Assembly: GCA_963751455.1 (NCBI GenBank)
Contig: CAVVUN010000015.1
Span: forward strand, 224,001-288,000
Direction of reading: 5' to 3'
DNA: 64,000 bases
DNA from: Nitrospirota bacterium
GTDB taxonomy: Bacteria > Nitrospirota > UBA9217
Positions 10,246-21,776 of the stretch are shown here, one piece after another. A program made the translations under genes and the position numbers. Below the pieces are notes generated by a model. It saw only the letters and a program-made list of their open reading frames with translations, did no database searches and was not told where the DNA came from. Within the stretch, counting starts at the first letter, position 1, and each line of letters starts with the position of its first letter.

Positions 10246-10572
10246 GAATGCGGAGGATATTCTCCTGAACCAATCCTCTCTCTCATGCGTGAGAGGATTG
10301 GTAAGGGGCGAGTAAAGACGGGACGCAAGTGCAGTCCGCTCTCACTGCGTGCATGCGTGCCAGTTTTGCTTGAATTGCGTAGCAAATGGAACCACCTACC
10401 GGAGCACTCACGCTTCGCTGTAACTTCGCTTCGCTGTGCTGTTTGACTGATTGATTTGATTACCCTTTTTCAAGCATGGCAAAGCACGGTCAGTGCTCGC
10501 GGACCGCAGGGGCCCTGAGAACTGCAACTGCTTAACGTGTAGTTAGTTTGTCTTTATATTGTTTTTTCGGAA

Positions 10573-10935
10573 GCCCTGCATCCCGTGAACACGCCCTACT
10601 CTCGCGCTTGCGCACACCCCATACTCGCGGTTCCACTCGTAATCACCGGGTGCAGGCGCGAAGGCGTTGGATGTTTATGGCATGATCTTTTCCACTTTTC
10701 CAGAACTTTTATTCTGCTTTTCCAGACACCCCTGCATCCCGTGAACAGCGTCCGCGCTTTACATGACCGGGTCTCAAGTCGGCAAATCACAAATCATGCA
10801 TGCGCGTGCGAAGCTCAGCGCTATGGGCGGATCCACTAGCCTGTAAAACTGAAGATAATCTGGCATGTCTGCGCGGTGCTGTGAATGGTGGTGCAGAAAA
10901 AAAACAAGGATCTTGCACTTCCTGCCATGACGTCC
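10573..10935 (-). repeat. Mosaic modular repeat, copy 3 (nested Z-in-Z plus module W)
   Basis: Reverse complement aligns with 25480-25710 and 21340-21570. Confidence 0.9.
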
Positions 10936-11044
10936 GCGATTATCAGTTTGAATGATATTTTGCACTTTTCAGACACTTCCCTCACCTCTTCACTTCGTGT
11001 ATACTCCAACACACCCAGCCAACCACTTCTATGAAGGAGTTTCC

Positions 11045-11530
11045 ATGAAGCAGATCGATACGGCATTATTGCACTCACTTACCCAAAAGGCAAAGAAATC
11101 CCCGCGTAAGAGAATGAATCACAATCTCCATCCGCGGCCCGAGGACGCTGTCCAGCGCCTCTGCAACGCGATTGAGCCGGGAACATACATTAGGCCGCAC
11201 CGGCATGCCGATCCGGAAACATTCGAGGTCTTTATCATGCTGAAGGGTTCTGCTGTGCTTCTTTATTTTGACGACGCCGGAAAAGTGATTGAGCGGGCCG
11301 AGCTTTCGGCTGCAGGGCCGGTGGTTGCAGTTGAAATACCGCCGAAGATTTGGCACACCATGGCGTCGCTGGAAAGCGGCACCGTATTTTTCGAGGTCAA
11401 GCAGGGGCCGTACGTTCCGGCTTCAGGTCGGAATTTGGCGGAATGGGCGCCTATGGAAGGGGAGCGCGAAGCCTCCGATCTGGCTGCATGGTATATCCTC
11501 GCCGGGGTGGGAGATAAAGTTCCTCGATGA
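11045..11530 (+). CDS. WbuC family cupin-fold metalloprotein
   Basis: SPRKRMNHNLH, QRLCNAIEPGTYIRPHRH, WHT, FEVKQGPY. Confidence 0.9.
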   Translation: MKQIDTALLHSLTQKAKKSPRKRMNHNLHPRPEDAVQRLCNAIEPGTYIRPHRHADPETFEVFIMLKGSAVLLYFDDAGKVIERAELSAAGPVVAVEIPPKIWHTMASLESGTVFFEVKQGPYVPASGRNLAEWAPMEGEREASDLAAWYILAGVGDKVPR

Positions 11531-11562
11531 TTTTCGGGTTGATGCGGCTTATTTCGCTTTGA

Positions 11563-12333
11563 TCAGCCGACCGGCTTCTCCAGCTTCTGCAGAAATGTCC
11601 TGATCCGTTTTGCATTCGTCCCCACGTCGCCCTTGCCTACCCGCGAGACCGATCTTACATCGATCCTGCTTCCTTCCTTCGCGTGCGATACCCGCACGAC
11701 AACGTCATCCTTGAACCCGAACCAGAAGGTGGTCGCGACAGCTTCGATGCGACCGTCCCGCGCGCTGCTGCTTACGACATTCCAGCCCATTTCCCCGGCT
11801 GCTCTGAGCGCGCGGTCAAAAGCCTCTGCCGGTTTAACCGGCAGGACCAGCGGCTGGATATCGGGATAGGAAGCCCGCTGCTGTGCGGCCACAACGGGAC
11901 CGCCGTAGCCGGCCGGGTTTTCGGCATGCGCTCGCATCGGCATGATTGCGACGAATTGCGGAGGGTTTTCGGTGTCTGTCGAGATGTCGTGGATTTTCGG
12001 CAGATGCTGCCCGGCCCTCGACCAAGACCATGGTATCCCGGTTACGGTCAAGCCAATCACGATTCCGGCGGCAGCCATTCGATAGGCGGCGCGATTCCGT
12101 CCGGATAAAATGCCTCCGATCAGAGATATAATTGCAGCTACTGCACCGGCGATTGCTGCTGCGCCCAATATCCCAAGACCTGTCCTGTAATACCACAGGC
12201 CCAGGCGGGTGCCGACTCCGGAAAGAGCCTCTACCGCTGCTGCAAGCAGCGCCAGGATCAGGCCCGCGCCGGCAAGACGGCCTGTCAGCCGGACAAGAAG
12301 AGATGAACGGTCCGTTGCGTGCCTAGCTTTCAT
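11563..12333 (-). CDS. DUF1499 domain membrane protein
   Basis: Three TM helices then IHDISTD..PPQF, FGFKDDVVVRV, DVRSVSRVGKGDVGTNAKRI. Confidence 0.9.
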   Translation of the reverse strand: MKARHATDRSSLLVRLTGRLAGAGLILALLAAAVEALSGVGTRLGLWYYRTGLGILGAAAIAGAVAAIISLIGGILSGRNRAAYRMAAAGIVIGLTVTGIPWSWSRAGQHLPKIHDISTDTENPPQFVAIMPMRAHAENPAGYGGPVVAAQQRASYPDIQPLVLPVKPAEAFDRALRAAGEMGWNVVSSSARDGRIEAVATTFWFGFKDDVVVRVSHAKEGSRIDVRSVSRVGKGDVGTNAKRIRTFLQKLEKPVG

Positions 12334-12629
12334 AGGACCTCAGAGGCGCAGTATCGAATTTTTTGTCACAGAGCTCACAGTACACTGTGCAATAATACTT
12401 TTCAAATTCAAACAGTCAGGTTGCTGCTGTATGATTATATTCTAGCATTGCCGAGGCAGCCGCCTGGTTCGGCTGTTTTCGGACTGTTGGACAGTTCCTC
12501 TAACCGGTCGTGGCAACATCAATGTGTGGTTCGCGTATAAAGGATTATTCCGGGAGGGACAGGATTACTATTTTTAGCCTCTGATACAATTTATTAGGAG
12601 AAGATATCGCATCGGGAGACACATGCAGA

Positions 12630-15107
12630 ATGGATCGTCGAAGCGTTGATCAACCTTTGTCTGATAACAGGAATGTTCTGGGGGAGGTGCTCGCGGAGCA
12701 GGTGAGGCAGATCTATGCGCTTTCAATGTACGGAAGCATTGCGACGATCTTTAATTCTTTGATCGTTTTTTTCATCCTGCAGAACGTGATGCCGAAGTGG
12801 ATCTTGATCACCTGGCTTACAGTGATCTTAACGGTTACTGCGTACAGAATTGCCCTCGTCGTGTCCTACCGGCGGTTCCAGCCAGGGCCGGATACGGCAC
12901 GTACCTGGAAAATCAGGTTCCTTGTTGAATTATCCGTGATTGGCTTTATATGGGGGAGCCTCGCGTTTTTTCCTTTTTCAAGCCTCTCCATCACTCACGA
13001 GGTGTTTATCGCCTTCGTGCTGGGCGGCATGGCAGCAGGCGCGGCTGCCACGTTCTCGGTATTAAAAGAGGGGTATCTCGCCTACAGTATTCCGGCTGCG
13101 GCGCCGCTCGCTGTCAGGTTCTTTCTCGAGGGTGACGTTATCCATTACGCGATGGCAGCCATGCTCTCTTTTTACGGTCTCCTGCTCTGGAGAATATCCA
13201 AGCGCCATTACCTTGTCAACAGGACGTCGCTGCTGCTTCGGTTCGAGAACAGGGGCATGATAGAAAGCCTCAAGGGAGCCCGGGAGAAGCTTCTCGAAGA
13301 GATCAATGCGAAACTCAAGGCGGAGGCGGAGCTGAGGGCCCACCAGGAACGCCTTGAGAAGACCGTTGAGGACCGGACGAACGAGCTCCTCCAGGCGAAC
13401 GAGAAGCTCAAAGATGAGATCGAGGAGCGGAAGCAGGCTGAAGAGCGCCTGGCCCTGGCACAGAAAGCGGGCGGTGTGGGCGTTTTCGACGTGGACCTCA
13501 TCACCCGTAGGGGGGTCTGGACCGAGCAGATGGAAGAACTGTTCGGACTTCCCCCCGGCGGTTTCGAAGGAGGGTACGAGGACTGGGCAAAGAGGGTGCA
13601 TCCCGACGACCTCCCGGTCGTTGAAGACCAATTCCGGAAATGGCTGGGCGAGGGCCGCAAGCAGGTGGCGCTCGAGTACCGGTGCATTCGGGCCGACGGA
13701 GAGACGCGCTGGATGGCGGTTACAGCCCGGTTCAGTTACCTGGCTGCCGGGAGGCCCTCCCGAATGATCGGCACGGCCGTGGACATCACCGACCGGAAAA
13801 GACTGGAGGAGGGAATCCTGCATCTGGCCCAGCACGATATCCTTACCGGCCTGCCCAACAGGCGCCTTTTTACCGAAATCATCAATCATGAACTCGCTCA
13901 GGCGCGTCGGACCCGGCATAAAGTCGCTCTCCTTTTCCTGGACCTTGACCGCTTTAAGGAGATCAACGATACCTTCGGCCATGAGACCGGAGACGAACTG
14001 CTCAGGGAGGTTTCCAAAAGGATCAAGGCTGGAATCAGAGAAACGGATGCCGCGGCCCGTATGGGGGGCGATGAATTCAACATCGTCCTGGCGGATCTCG
14101 TCCGCACGGAAGACATCACGCCCATCGCCCGAAAAATCATGGACTCGTTCAAAAAAACATTTACTGTTGCGGGGTATCATCTCCAGGTAACGGCCAGCAT
14201 CGGGATCAGCGTCTTTCCCGACGACGCCGAAGATATCACCGTCCTGTTCAGGTACGCGGATATCGCGATGTACCATGCAAAAGAGCGCGGCAGAAACGCG
14301 TTCCAGTTCTATAATACCGACATCAATATCCGATCGATCGAGAGATTGCGTTTTGAAAACTATCTGCGCCAGGCGCTTGCCCGCGGCGAATTTCTCGTGC
14401 ACTATCAGCCCCAGGTCGTTGTGCGCACCGGGCGGATCGTAGCCGCCGAGGCGCTCGTACGGTGGAGACATCCGGATTACGGACTGCTGGATTCGAAGGA
14501 CTTTGTTCCCGCCGCAGAATCCATAGGATTCATAGCAGCGATTGACATATGGGTTCTTAAAACCGCCTGCACTCAATTCAAGGCATGGATGGACAAAGGA
14601 TATATTTCCCTTCTGGTTGCCGTAAACCTGTCCTCGAGGATATTCCAGGACCCGGACTTTGTAGAAACGGTTTTAGGAATACTGGATGAAACAGGCCTTC
14701 CGCCGGACCGCTTGGAGGTCGAGATCACGGAAAGCATTGCCATGGACGACATCGAACGCACCATCATGGTCCTGAACCAGCTGGCCGCAAGGAGAATAGG
14801 CGTCACTATCGACGATTTCGGCACCGGGTATTCGTCGCTGAACTATTTGAAGAGACTGCCTATTAAGAGAGTCAAGATCGACCAGTCTTTTGTGAAAGAT
14901 ATTGCGACTGACCCTGATGACAGGGCCATCATTCAGGCTGTGACGGCAATGGCGCACACTATGAAGCTTTCCGTTGTTGCGGAGGGAGTCGAAACCGAGG
15001 ACCAGCTCTCTTTCCTGCGCTCGGCCGGATGCGATGAGGCGCAGGGGTATTTATTCGGCAAATCGCTGCCTCCGGAAGAGTTCAGAGAATTAATGACGGC
15101 GGCATGA
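12630..15107 (+). CDS. Membrane PAS-GGDEF-EAL diguanylate cyclase/phosphodiesterase
   Basis: 5-6 TM helices; HDILTGLPNR; RxxD I-site and GGDEF; EAL and DDFGTGYSS intact. Confidence 0.95.
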   Translation: MDRRSVDQPLSDNRNVLGEVLAEQVRQIYALSMYGSIATIFNSLIVFFILQNVMPKWILITWLTVILTVTAYRIALVVSYRRFQPGPDTARTWKIRFLVELSVIGFIWGSLAFFPFSSLSITHEVFIAFVLGGMAAGAAATFSVLKEGYLAYSIPAAAPLAVRFFLEGDVIHYAMAAMLSFYGLLLWRISKRHYLVNRTSLLLRFENRGMIESLKGAREKLLEEINAKLKAEAELRAHQERLEKTVEDRTNELLQANEKLKDEIEERKQAEERLALAQKAGGVGVFDVDLITRRGVWTEQMEELFGLPPGGFEGGYEDWAKRVHPDDLPVVEDQFRKWLGEGRKQVALEYRCIRADGETRWMAVTARFSYLAAGRPSRMIGTAVDITDRKRLEEGILHLAQHDILTGLPNRRLFTEIINHELAQARRTRHKVALLFLDLDRFKEINDTFGHETGDELLREVSKRIKAGIRETDAAARMGGDEFNIVLADLVRTEDITPIARKIMDSFKKTFTVAGYHLQVTASIGISVFPDDAEDITVLFRYADIAMYHAKERGRNAFQFYNTDINIRSIERLRFENYLRQALARGEFLVHYQPQVVVRTGRIVAAEALVRWRHPDYGLLDSKDFVPAAESIGFIAAIDIWVLKTACTQFKAWMDKGYISLLVAVNLSSRIFQDPDFVETVLGILDETGLPPDRLEVEITESIAMDDIERTIMVLNQLAARRIGVTIDDFGTGYSSLNYLKRLPIKRVKIDQSFVKDIATDPDDRAIIQAVTAMAHTMKLSVVAEGVETEDQLSFLRSAGCDEAQGYLFGKSLPPEEFRELMTAA

Positions 15108-15166
15108 CGCTTAGAGCGGCATAGGAGGCATTGCAAATTGCCAAGTGCAAAGTGCAAATTTGTTAT

Positions 15167-15378
15167 TTTCATTCTGCTTTTCCAGACACCCCTGCATCCC
15201 GTGAACACGCCCTACTCTCGCGCATCGCACTCGTAGACGCTGGGTGCAGGCTGGACGGCTGTGTTGATAGGTAAAATTGAAGACACTATGGCATGTCTGC
15301 GCGGCGTGAATGGCGGCGCAGAAAAAAAACAAGGATCTCGAACTTCCTGATAACCTTTTGGTTCAAGATCCGTTTTTT
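15167..15378 (-). repeat. Mosaic modular repeat, copy 4 (single un-nested module Z at ~15210-15252)
   Basis: Shares ATTCTGCTTTTCCAGACACCCCTGCATCCCGTGAAC with 10711-10746; aligns in reverse with 21340-21470. Confidence 0.9.
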
Positions 15379-15390
15379 AGGTAGCTTAAA

Positions 15391-17589
15391 TCAGATCAAT
15401 AACAAGCCTTTTTCCCTCAAGGCTTTCCATTCCTTCGACCGCAGGAAAGTTTGAAAAGAAGTAGAAAAGCGGGTTTCGTAATGGTTCTTCAATTTCTCGA
15501 GCGACAGTAATTCCGCATTCGAAACGGAAAATCTAGGGAATAACGCATTCAACCATTCCCCTGTTTCGACAGGAGTCGTCAGCGTAAAAATATCCGTTTT
15601 GTTATTAAATATGAACCTGCTCCTTCCTGCCTGTTTTCCCTTCCCGGACAATTCGTCTTTTTCGTATTGAGGCAGGTTCTTGAGCCAGAGCAGTCTGGAT
15701 TTCATTTGTTGATTGTCAGGGGCCGGGCTGTCACTGGTTGCCTGTTCAACGTAGTTTCTTTTTGCAGAAACAGGAGGAACCTTAAAGTCGAACCAGTTCT
15801 TTACCGGAAAATCAGCACCGATGCCGTGCATGAAGTTATAAACCGCTTTGTTCAAGCCCGGGGCAAAAGCATGATGGTCGCAGCCCGAAAGGTCTTCATG
15901 CGCCAAATCATTTTTGGCAAATCCTCCGCTCGGAGAAGCGATAATCCTGATATGGTATTTTTGCGGATTTCGCCCCACGTCGCTGTGGACCGTTGCGGTG
16001 AAGAGATGCCAGAAAGCAGATTGTATGAGTCCTGCTTTGAAGAACTGGCGTACGATCTCGAGCGAATCGATCGTTTCCTCTGCGGTCTGGGTCGGGAACC
16101 CGTACATCAGGTACGCGTGAACCATGATGCCGGCTTGCCGGAAATTGCCACAGACCCTGGCAGCCTGACGAACAGTCACGCCTTTATTCATCAGTTTCAA
16201 CAGCCTGTCGGATGCCGTCTCAAGTCCTCCGGTGGCCGCAATGCAGCCCGATGCAGCCAGCAGGCGGCAAAGATCTTCGGTAAAAACGTTTTCGAACCGG
16301 ATATTCGCCCACCACGAAATGGAAATCCTTCTTCTCAACAATTCAAGAGCGAGCTCCTTCAGAACAGCCGGCGGCGCGGCCTCGTCAATAAAATGAAAGC
16401 CTGTCTGTCCTGTCTGGGCGATTACCTGATCGATCCTATCGACCAGCATTGGCGCGGGTACGCTATCGTACCGGCATATGTAATCGAGAAACGTATCGCA
16501 GAACGAACATTTATGCCAGTAGCAGCCGTGGGCAACTGCAAGCTTGTTCCATCTCCCGTCCGACCAGAGACGGTGCATGGGGTTCGCTATTTCGATGAGA
16601 GACAGATATTCGCCAGAGCTCAGGTCCGAATAATCAGGGCAACCGGTCTCCGCATGCGCAAAATCCTGTTCGACGGCATCATTTCGGTACTGCACTTTTC
16701 CTTCGGATCTTACGAATGTTCTCTTGAGATCAAATTCGTTCTTTTCACCTTCGAGAGATTTCAATATATTCAAAAAAGGGCGTTCCCCGTCGTCAAGTGT
16801 GATGAAGTCCAGGTAGTTAAAGACAGCAGGCTCTGAAAGCTCACGCAGCTCGGTATTTACAAATCCGCCGCCCGCGATTACTTTGATATGCTCATAATTA
16901 TTCTTGATGAAGCGGCCGCATTTCAAGGCGGAATAGAGATTCCCGGGAAAGGGAATTGTAATTCCCACAACATCGGGACGATTACCTTCGAGGTGCTTTT
17001 TCAGTAATTCGAGCAGCCACGCGTCGATGACATTGTCGGGCTGATCAAGAGCTTCATCGATCGGAGAAAAAGAATGCGCGGACATGCCGAGTTTTTCGGC
17101 ATACCTGCTGAAACCGAACCAGGGTGTGACTGCATCTTTAATGAGATCGCCGATGTCCTCGATATAGAGCGTTGCGAGAAACCGGGCCTTATCATTCAGG
17201 CCGATGCCTCCGAACGACCATTCCAGGTCCGGCAGTTGATCGAACCGGGACGCCTTCGGTAAAAAATTGTCGCTGCAGAGAAGCCCGGCAAGCGTATTGT
17301 CCCGGTATTGCAGAAAATTCATTATTGGCTCTATAGTTTGCAGATAATATTGCTCATTCTTTATGATCCGCAGTGAATTGGCGGAAATGGCAGCCTGGTC
17401 CTTTTTGACAAGTTCGAACAGCGTTTGAAACCCCGACCGGGAAAAAATCCTGTTGATCAGTTCGATGCCTAAATCAGCCTGGAATATGTCATAGCCATGC
17501 TGTTTCAAAAACCCCTTCAAATGCGGCGTTGCCGGATAGGGAGTATTGAGCTGTGTAAAGGGCGGAGTTATGAGCAGAATTTTAAGCAT
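15391..17589 (-). CDS. B12-binding radical SAM protein
   Basis: CYWHKCSFC (CxxxCxxC); N-terminal LITPPFTQLNTPYPA cobalamin-binding-type region; start placed at MLKILL. Confidence 0.9.
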   Translation of the reverse strand: MLKILLITPPFTQLNTPYPATPHLKGFLKQHGYDIFQADLGIELINRIFSRSGFQTLFELVKKDQAAISANSLRIIKNEQYYLQTIEPIMNFLQYRDNTLAGLLCSDNFLPKASRFDQLPDLEWSFGGIGLNDKARFLATLYIEDIGDLIKDAVTPWFGFSRYAEKLGMSAHSFSPIDEALDQPDNVIDAWLLELLKKHLEGNRPDVVGITIPFPGNLYSALKCGRFIKNNYEHIKVIAGGGFVNTELRELSEPAVFNYLDFITLDDGERPFLNILKSLEGEKNEFDLKRTFVRSEGKVQYRNDAVEQDFAHAETGCPDYSDLSSGEYLSLIEIANPMHRLWSDGRWNKLAVAHGCYWHKCSFCDTFLDYICRYDSVPAPMLVDRIDQVIAQTGQTGFHFIDEAAPPAVLKELALELLRRRISISWWANIRFENVFTEDLCRLLAASGCIAATGGLETASDRLLKLMNKGVTVRQAARVCGNFRQAGIMVHAYLMYGFPTQTAEETIDSLEIVRQFFKAGLIQSAFWHLFTATVHSDVGRNPQKYHIRIIASPSGGFAKNDLAHEDLSGCDHHAFAPGLNKAVYNFMHGIGADFPVKNWFDFKVPPVSAKRNYVEQATSDSPAPDNQQMKSRLLWLKNLPQYEKDELSGKGKQAGRSRFIFNNKTDIFTLTTPVETGEWLNALFPRFSVSNAELLSLEKLKNHYETRFSTSFQTFLRSKEWKALREKGLLLI

Positions 17590-17760
17590 TATTATTCGGC
17601 GGCCTTTGTTTTTCAGCAAGTAAAGGTACTCTGTACCTGCTCTGTGCAATCTTACTGGAGTCCGCACACTTTGGCAAGCTTCTTCCAGCGAAACGCCGAA
17701 CGGACTCTTTTTGAATTGTAAATTGTTTTTTGGCATGGCATAATCACAAACACATCATCG

Positions 17761-19641
<1,881 letters not shown>

Positions 19642-19652
19642 CCAGGCTTTTT

Positions 19653-19770
19653 ACAGAAAACGACAATTGGACAGTGATCACGTGAAGCTTGTTTTTATTA
19701 CTCAACGATTGATTGTTTGTCTTAATCCGCGTTTATCCGATTTTATCTGCGTCCAAGAGATCTTATCAGG
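19653..19770. mobile_element. Degenerate copy of the CCT..AGG MITE (a second eroded copy lies at ~19800-19900)
   Basis: GAAAACGACAATTGGACA ... TTTATCCGATTTTATCTGCGTCCAA..TCAGG resembles 41143-41318. Confidence 0.65.
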
Positions 19771-19942
19771 ATTTTGGATTCAAGGCGCAGGCACTTTAAC
19801 GTAAATACGGCATTTGGACCACTGATAAAAAGTTGAAAAGCAAAAATCAATGGCGATACAGAATGTTGTATCCGTGTTCATCCATGGTTAATTGCTTTTT
19901 ACAAATCTGCGAAATCTACGGACTCTTTCAAAGGAGTGCCAC

Positions 19943-21184
19943 ATGCATTTTCAGCCTTTTCTCGGCATTATCGTATTTCTCGGCATTGCCTGGATCATCA
20001 GCGAGAACCGGAGGGGAGTCAGGTACACGATCGCGTTGACCGGTGTTATTGTGCAGTTCTGCATTGCGGCGATCCTGCTCTATGTTCCGTTCTTTAAAAA
20101 ATTCTTTCTGTTTCTGAACAACGTCGTTCTCGCCCTCGAATCGGCGACTCGGGCGGGAACCTCTTTCGTATTCGGTTATGTCGGAGGAGGGACACCGCCT
20201 TTCCTGCTGGAAAACCCGGGAGCCAGCTTCATTCTTGCCTTCCAGGCCTTGCCGCTCGTCCTCGTCATCGGCGCCCTGTCGGCGCTCTTGTTCTACTGGA
20301 GGATCCTTCCTTATATCGTGAAGGGCTTTTCTTTTGTGCTGCAGAAGACGATGAACATCGGAGGCGCACTCGGCGTGGGCGCATCTACAACGATCTTCCT
20401 CGGCATGGTGGAGGCCCCGCTCGTGGTCAAACCGTATCTTAAAACCATGACCAGAAGTGAGCTCTTCTCGCTCATGACGGTCGGCATGGCGTGCATCGCC
20501 GGTACTGTCATGATCCTGTATGCCACTTTCCTGAACGGCGTGATCCCGGACCCGCTCGGCCATATCCTGATCGCATCTTTTATCCATGTAGCTGCCGCGA
20601 TCACGATTGCCCGGATCATGGTGCCGGAAACAGGAGAAGAGACATCAGGAAGCTTCATACCGCAAAGAACCGCGACAAGTTCCATGGACGCTGTTGTCAA
20701 GGGGACCATGGACGGCCTGCATCTCCTGCTGAACATCATCGCGATGCTTGTCGTGATGGTCGCCCTTGTGCACCTCGCCAACCTGCTGATCGGCCTGATG
20801 CCTGACGTCGGAGGCAGGTCACTCACCCTCCAGCGCATTCTCGGGTTCATCATGGCCCCGGTTGTATGGCTCTTCGGTATTCCCTGGGCCGAGGCGCAGA
20901 CAGCGGGCTACCTCATGGGAACCAAGACTATTCTGAACGAACTGCTGGCGTTCCTTGAGCTTGCGAAACTTCCGCCCGGTTCTCTCGATCCCCGGAGCAG
21001 GCTGATCATGACGTATGCGCTCTCTAGCTTCGCAAATTTCGGGAGTCTCGGAATCCTCATCGGCGGCCTCGGCAGCCTGGCGCCGGAACGGCGAGACGAA
21101 GTTGTGTCGCTGGGCATGAAGGCCCTGGTCAGCGGCACCCTCGCCACTTGCATGACGGGCGCCGTGATCGGAATATTTACATAA
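19943..21184 (+). CDS. nupC: NupC/CNT family Na+/nucleoside symporter
   Basis: GTSFVFG, FLGMVEAP, MTRSELFSLMTVGMA, SFANFGSLGI; AGGAG RBS. Confidence 0.9.
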   Translation: MHFQPFLGIIVFLGIAWIISENRRGVRYTIALTGVIVQFCIAAILLYVPFFKKFFLFLNNVVLALESATRAGTSFVFGYVGGGTPPFLLENPGASFILAFQALPLVLVIGALSALLFYWRILPYIVKGFSFVLQKTMNIGGALGVGASTTIFLGMVEAPLVVKPYLKTMTRSELFSLMTVGMACIAGTVMILYATFLNGVIPDPLGHILIASFIHVAAAITIARIMVPETGEETSGSFIPQRTATSSMDAVVKGTMDGLHLLLNIIAMLVVMVALVHLANLLIGLMPDVGGRSLTLQRILGFIMAPVVWLFGIPWAEAQTAGYLMGTKTILNELLAFLELAKLPPGSLDPRSRLIMTYALSSFANFGSLGILIGGLGSLAPERRDEVVSLGMKALVSGTLATCMTGAVIGIFT

Positions 21185-21216
21185 CCATGGATTGTTTTTT
21201 TGTATTATATAGCCAC

Positions 21217-21570
21217 AAAAACAAGGATCTGAACATCATGCCATGAAGTTCAGCCTGTATTCGCGCTATGCACTCATAACCACGCCCTGTACTCGCGCTG
21301 TGCGCTCGTGGCACTGGGTGCAGGCTGGCCGCAGGCAAGATCCTTGTTTTTTTCTGCACCGCCATTCGCACTGCCGCGCAGACATGCCAGAATGTCTTTA
21401 ATTTTACCTTTCAATACAGCCGTCCAGCCTGCGCCCAGCGTTTACGAGTGCGATGCGCGAGTGCAGGGTGAGCGCTGAGCTTCGCACGCGCATGCATGAT
21501 TTGTGATTTGCCGACTCGAGTTCGGTCATGTAAAGCGCGGTCGGTGCTCATGGGATGCAGGGGTGTCTGC
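21217..21570 (+). repeat. Mosaic modular repeat, copy 5 (TIR AAAAACAAGGATCT / AGATCCTTGTTTTT enclosing nested Z modules, then further Z and W modules)
   Basis: 14 bp inverted repeat at 21217-21230 and 21338-21351; aligns with 25120-25710. Confidence 0.92.
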
Positions 21571-21776
21571 GAAAAAGAAAAAGGCCCTAAGCGACGAGCT
21601 GCCTAAATGCGGAATCCTAAACGTCCTGCCAGGATGTTCGAGATTTTTTATTTTTTAGCACCGTCGTAGATATCGCCGCTAAAGCCCCTGTTGAGCACAT
21701 CGCCTTACACCAGCACCACCGAAGACGGCTGCTGTAAACCGTATTCTTTCCCGAATCAATCTGATATAATGTCAGC

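Noticed and set aside
21427-21469. Module Z or Y as a hammerhead, twister, pistol or HDV ribozyme
   Set aside because: Could not find the conserved catalytic cores (for example CUGANGA with GAAA) in the right arrangement by eye
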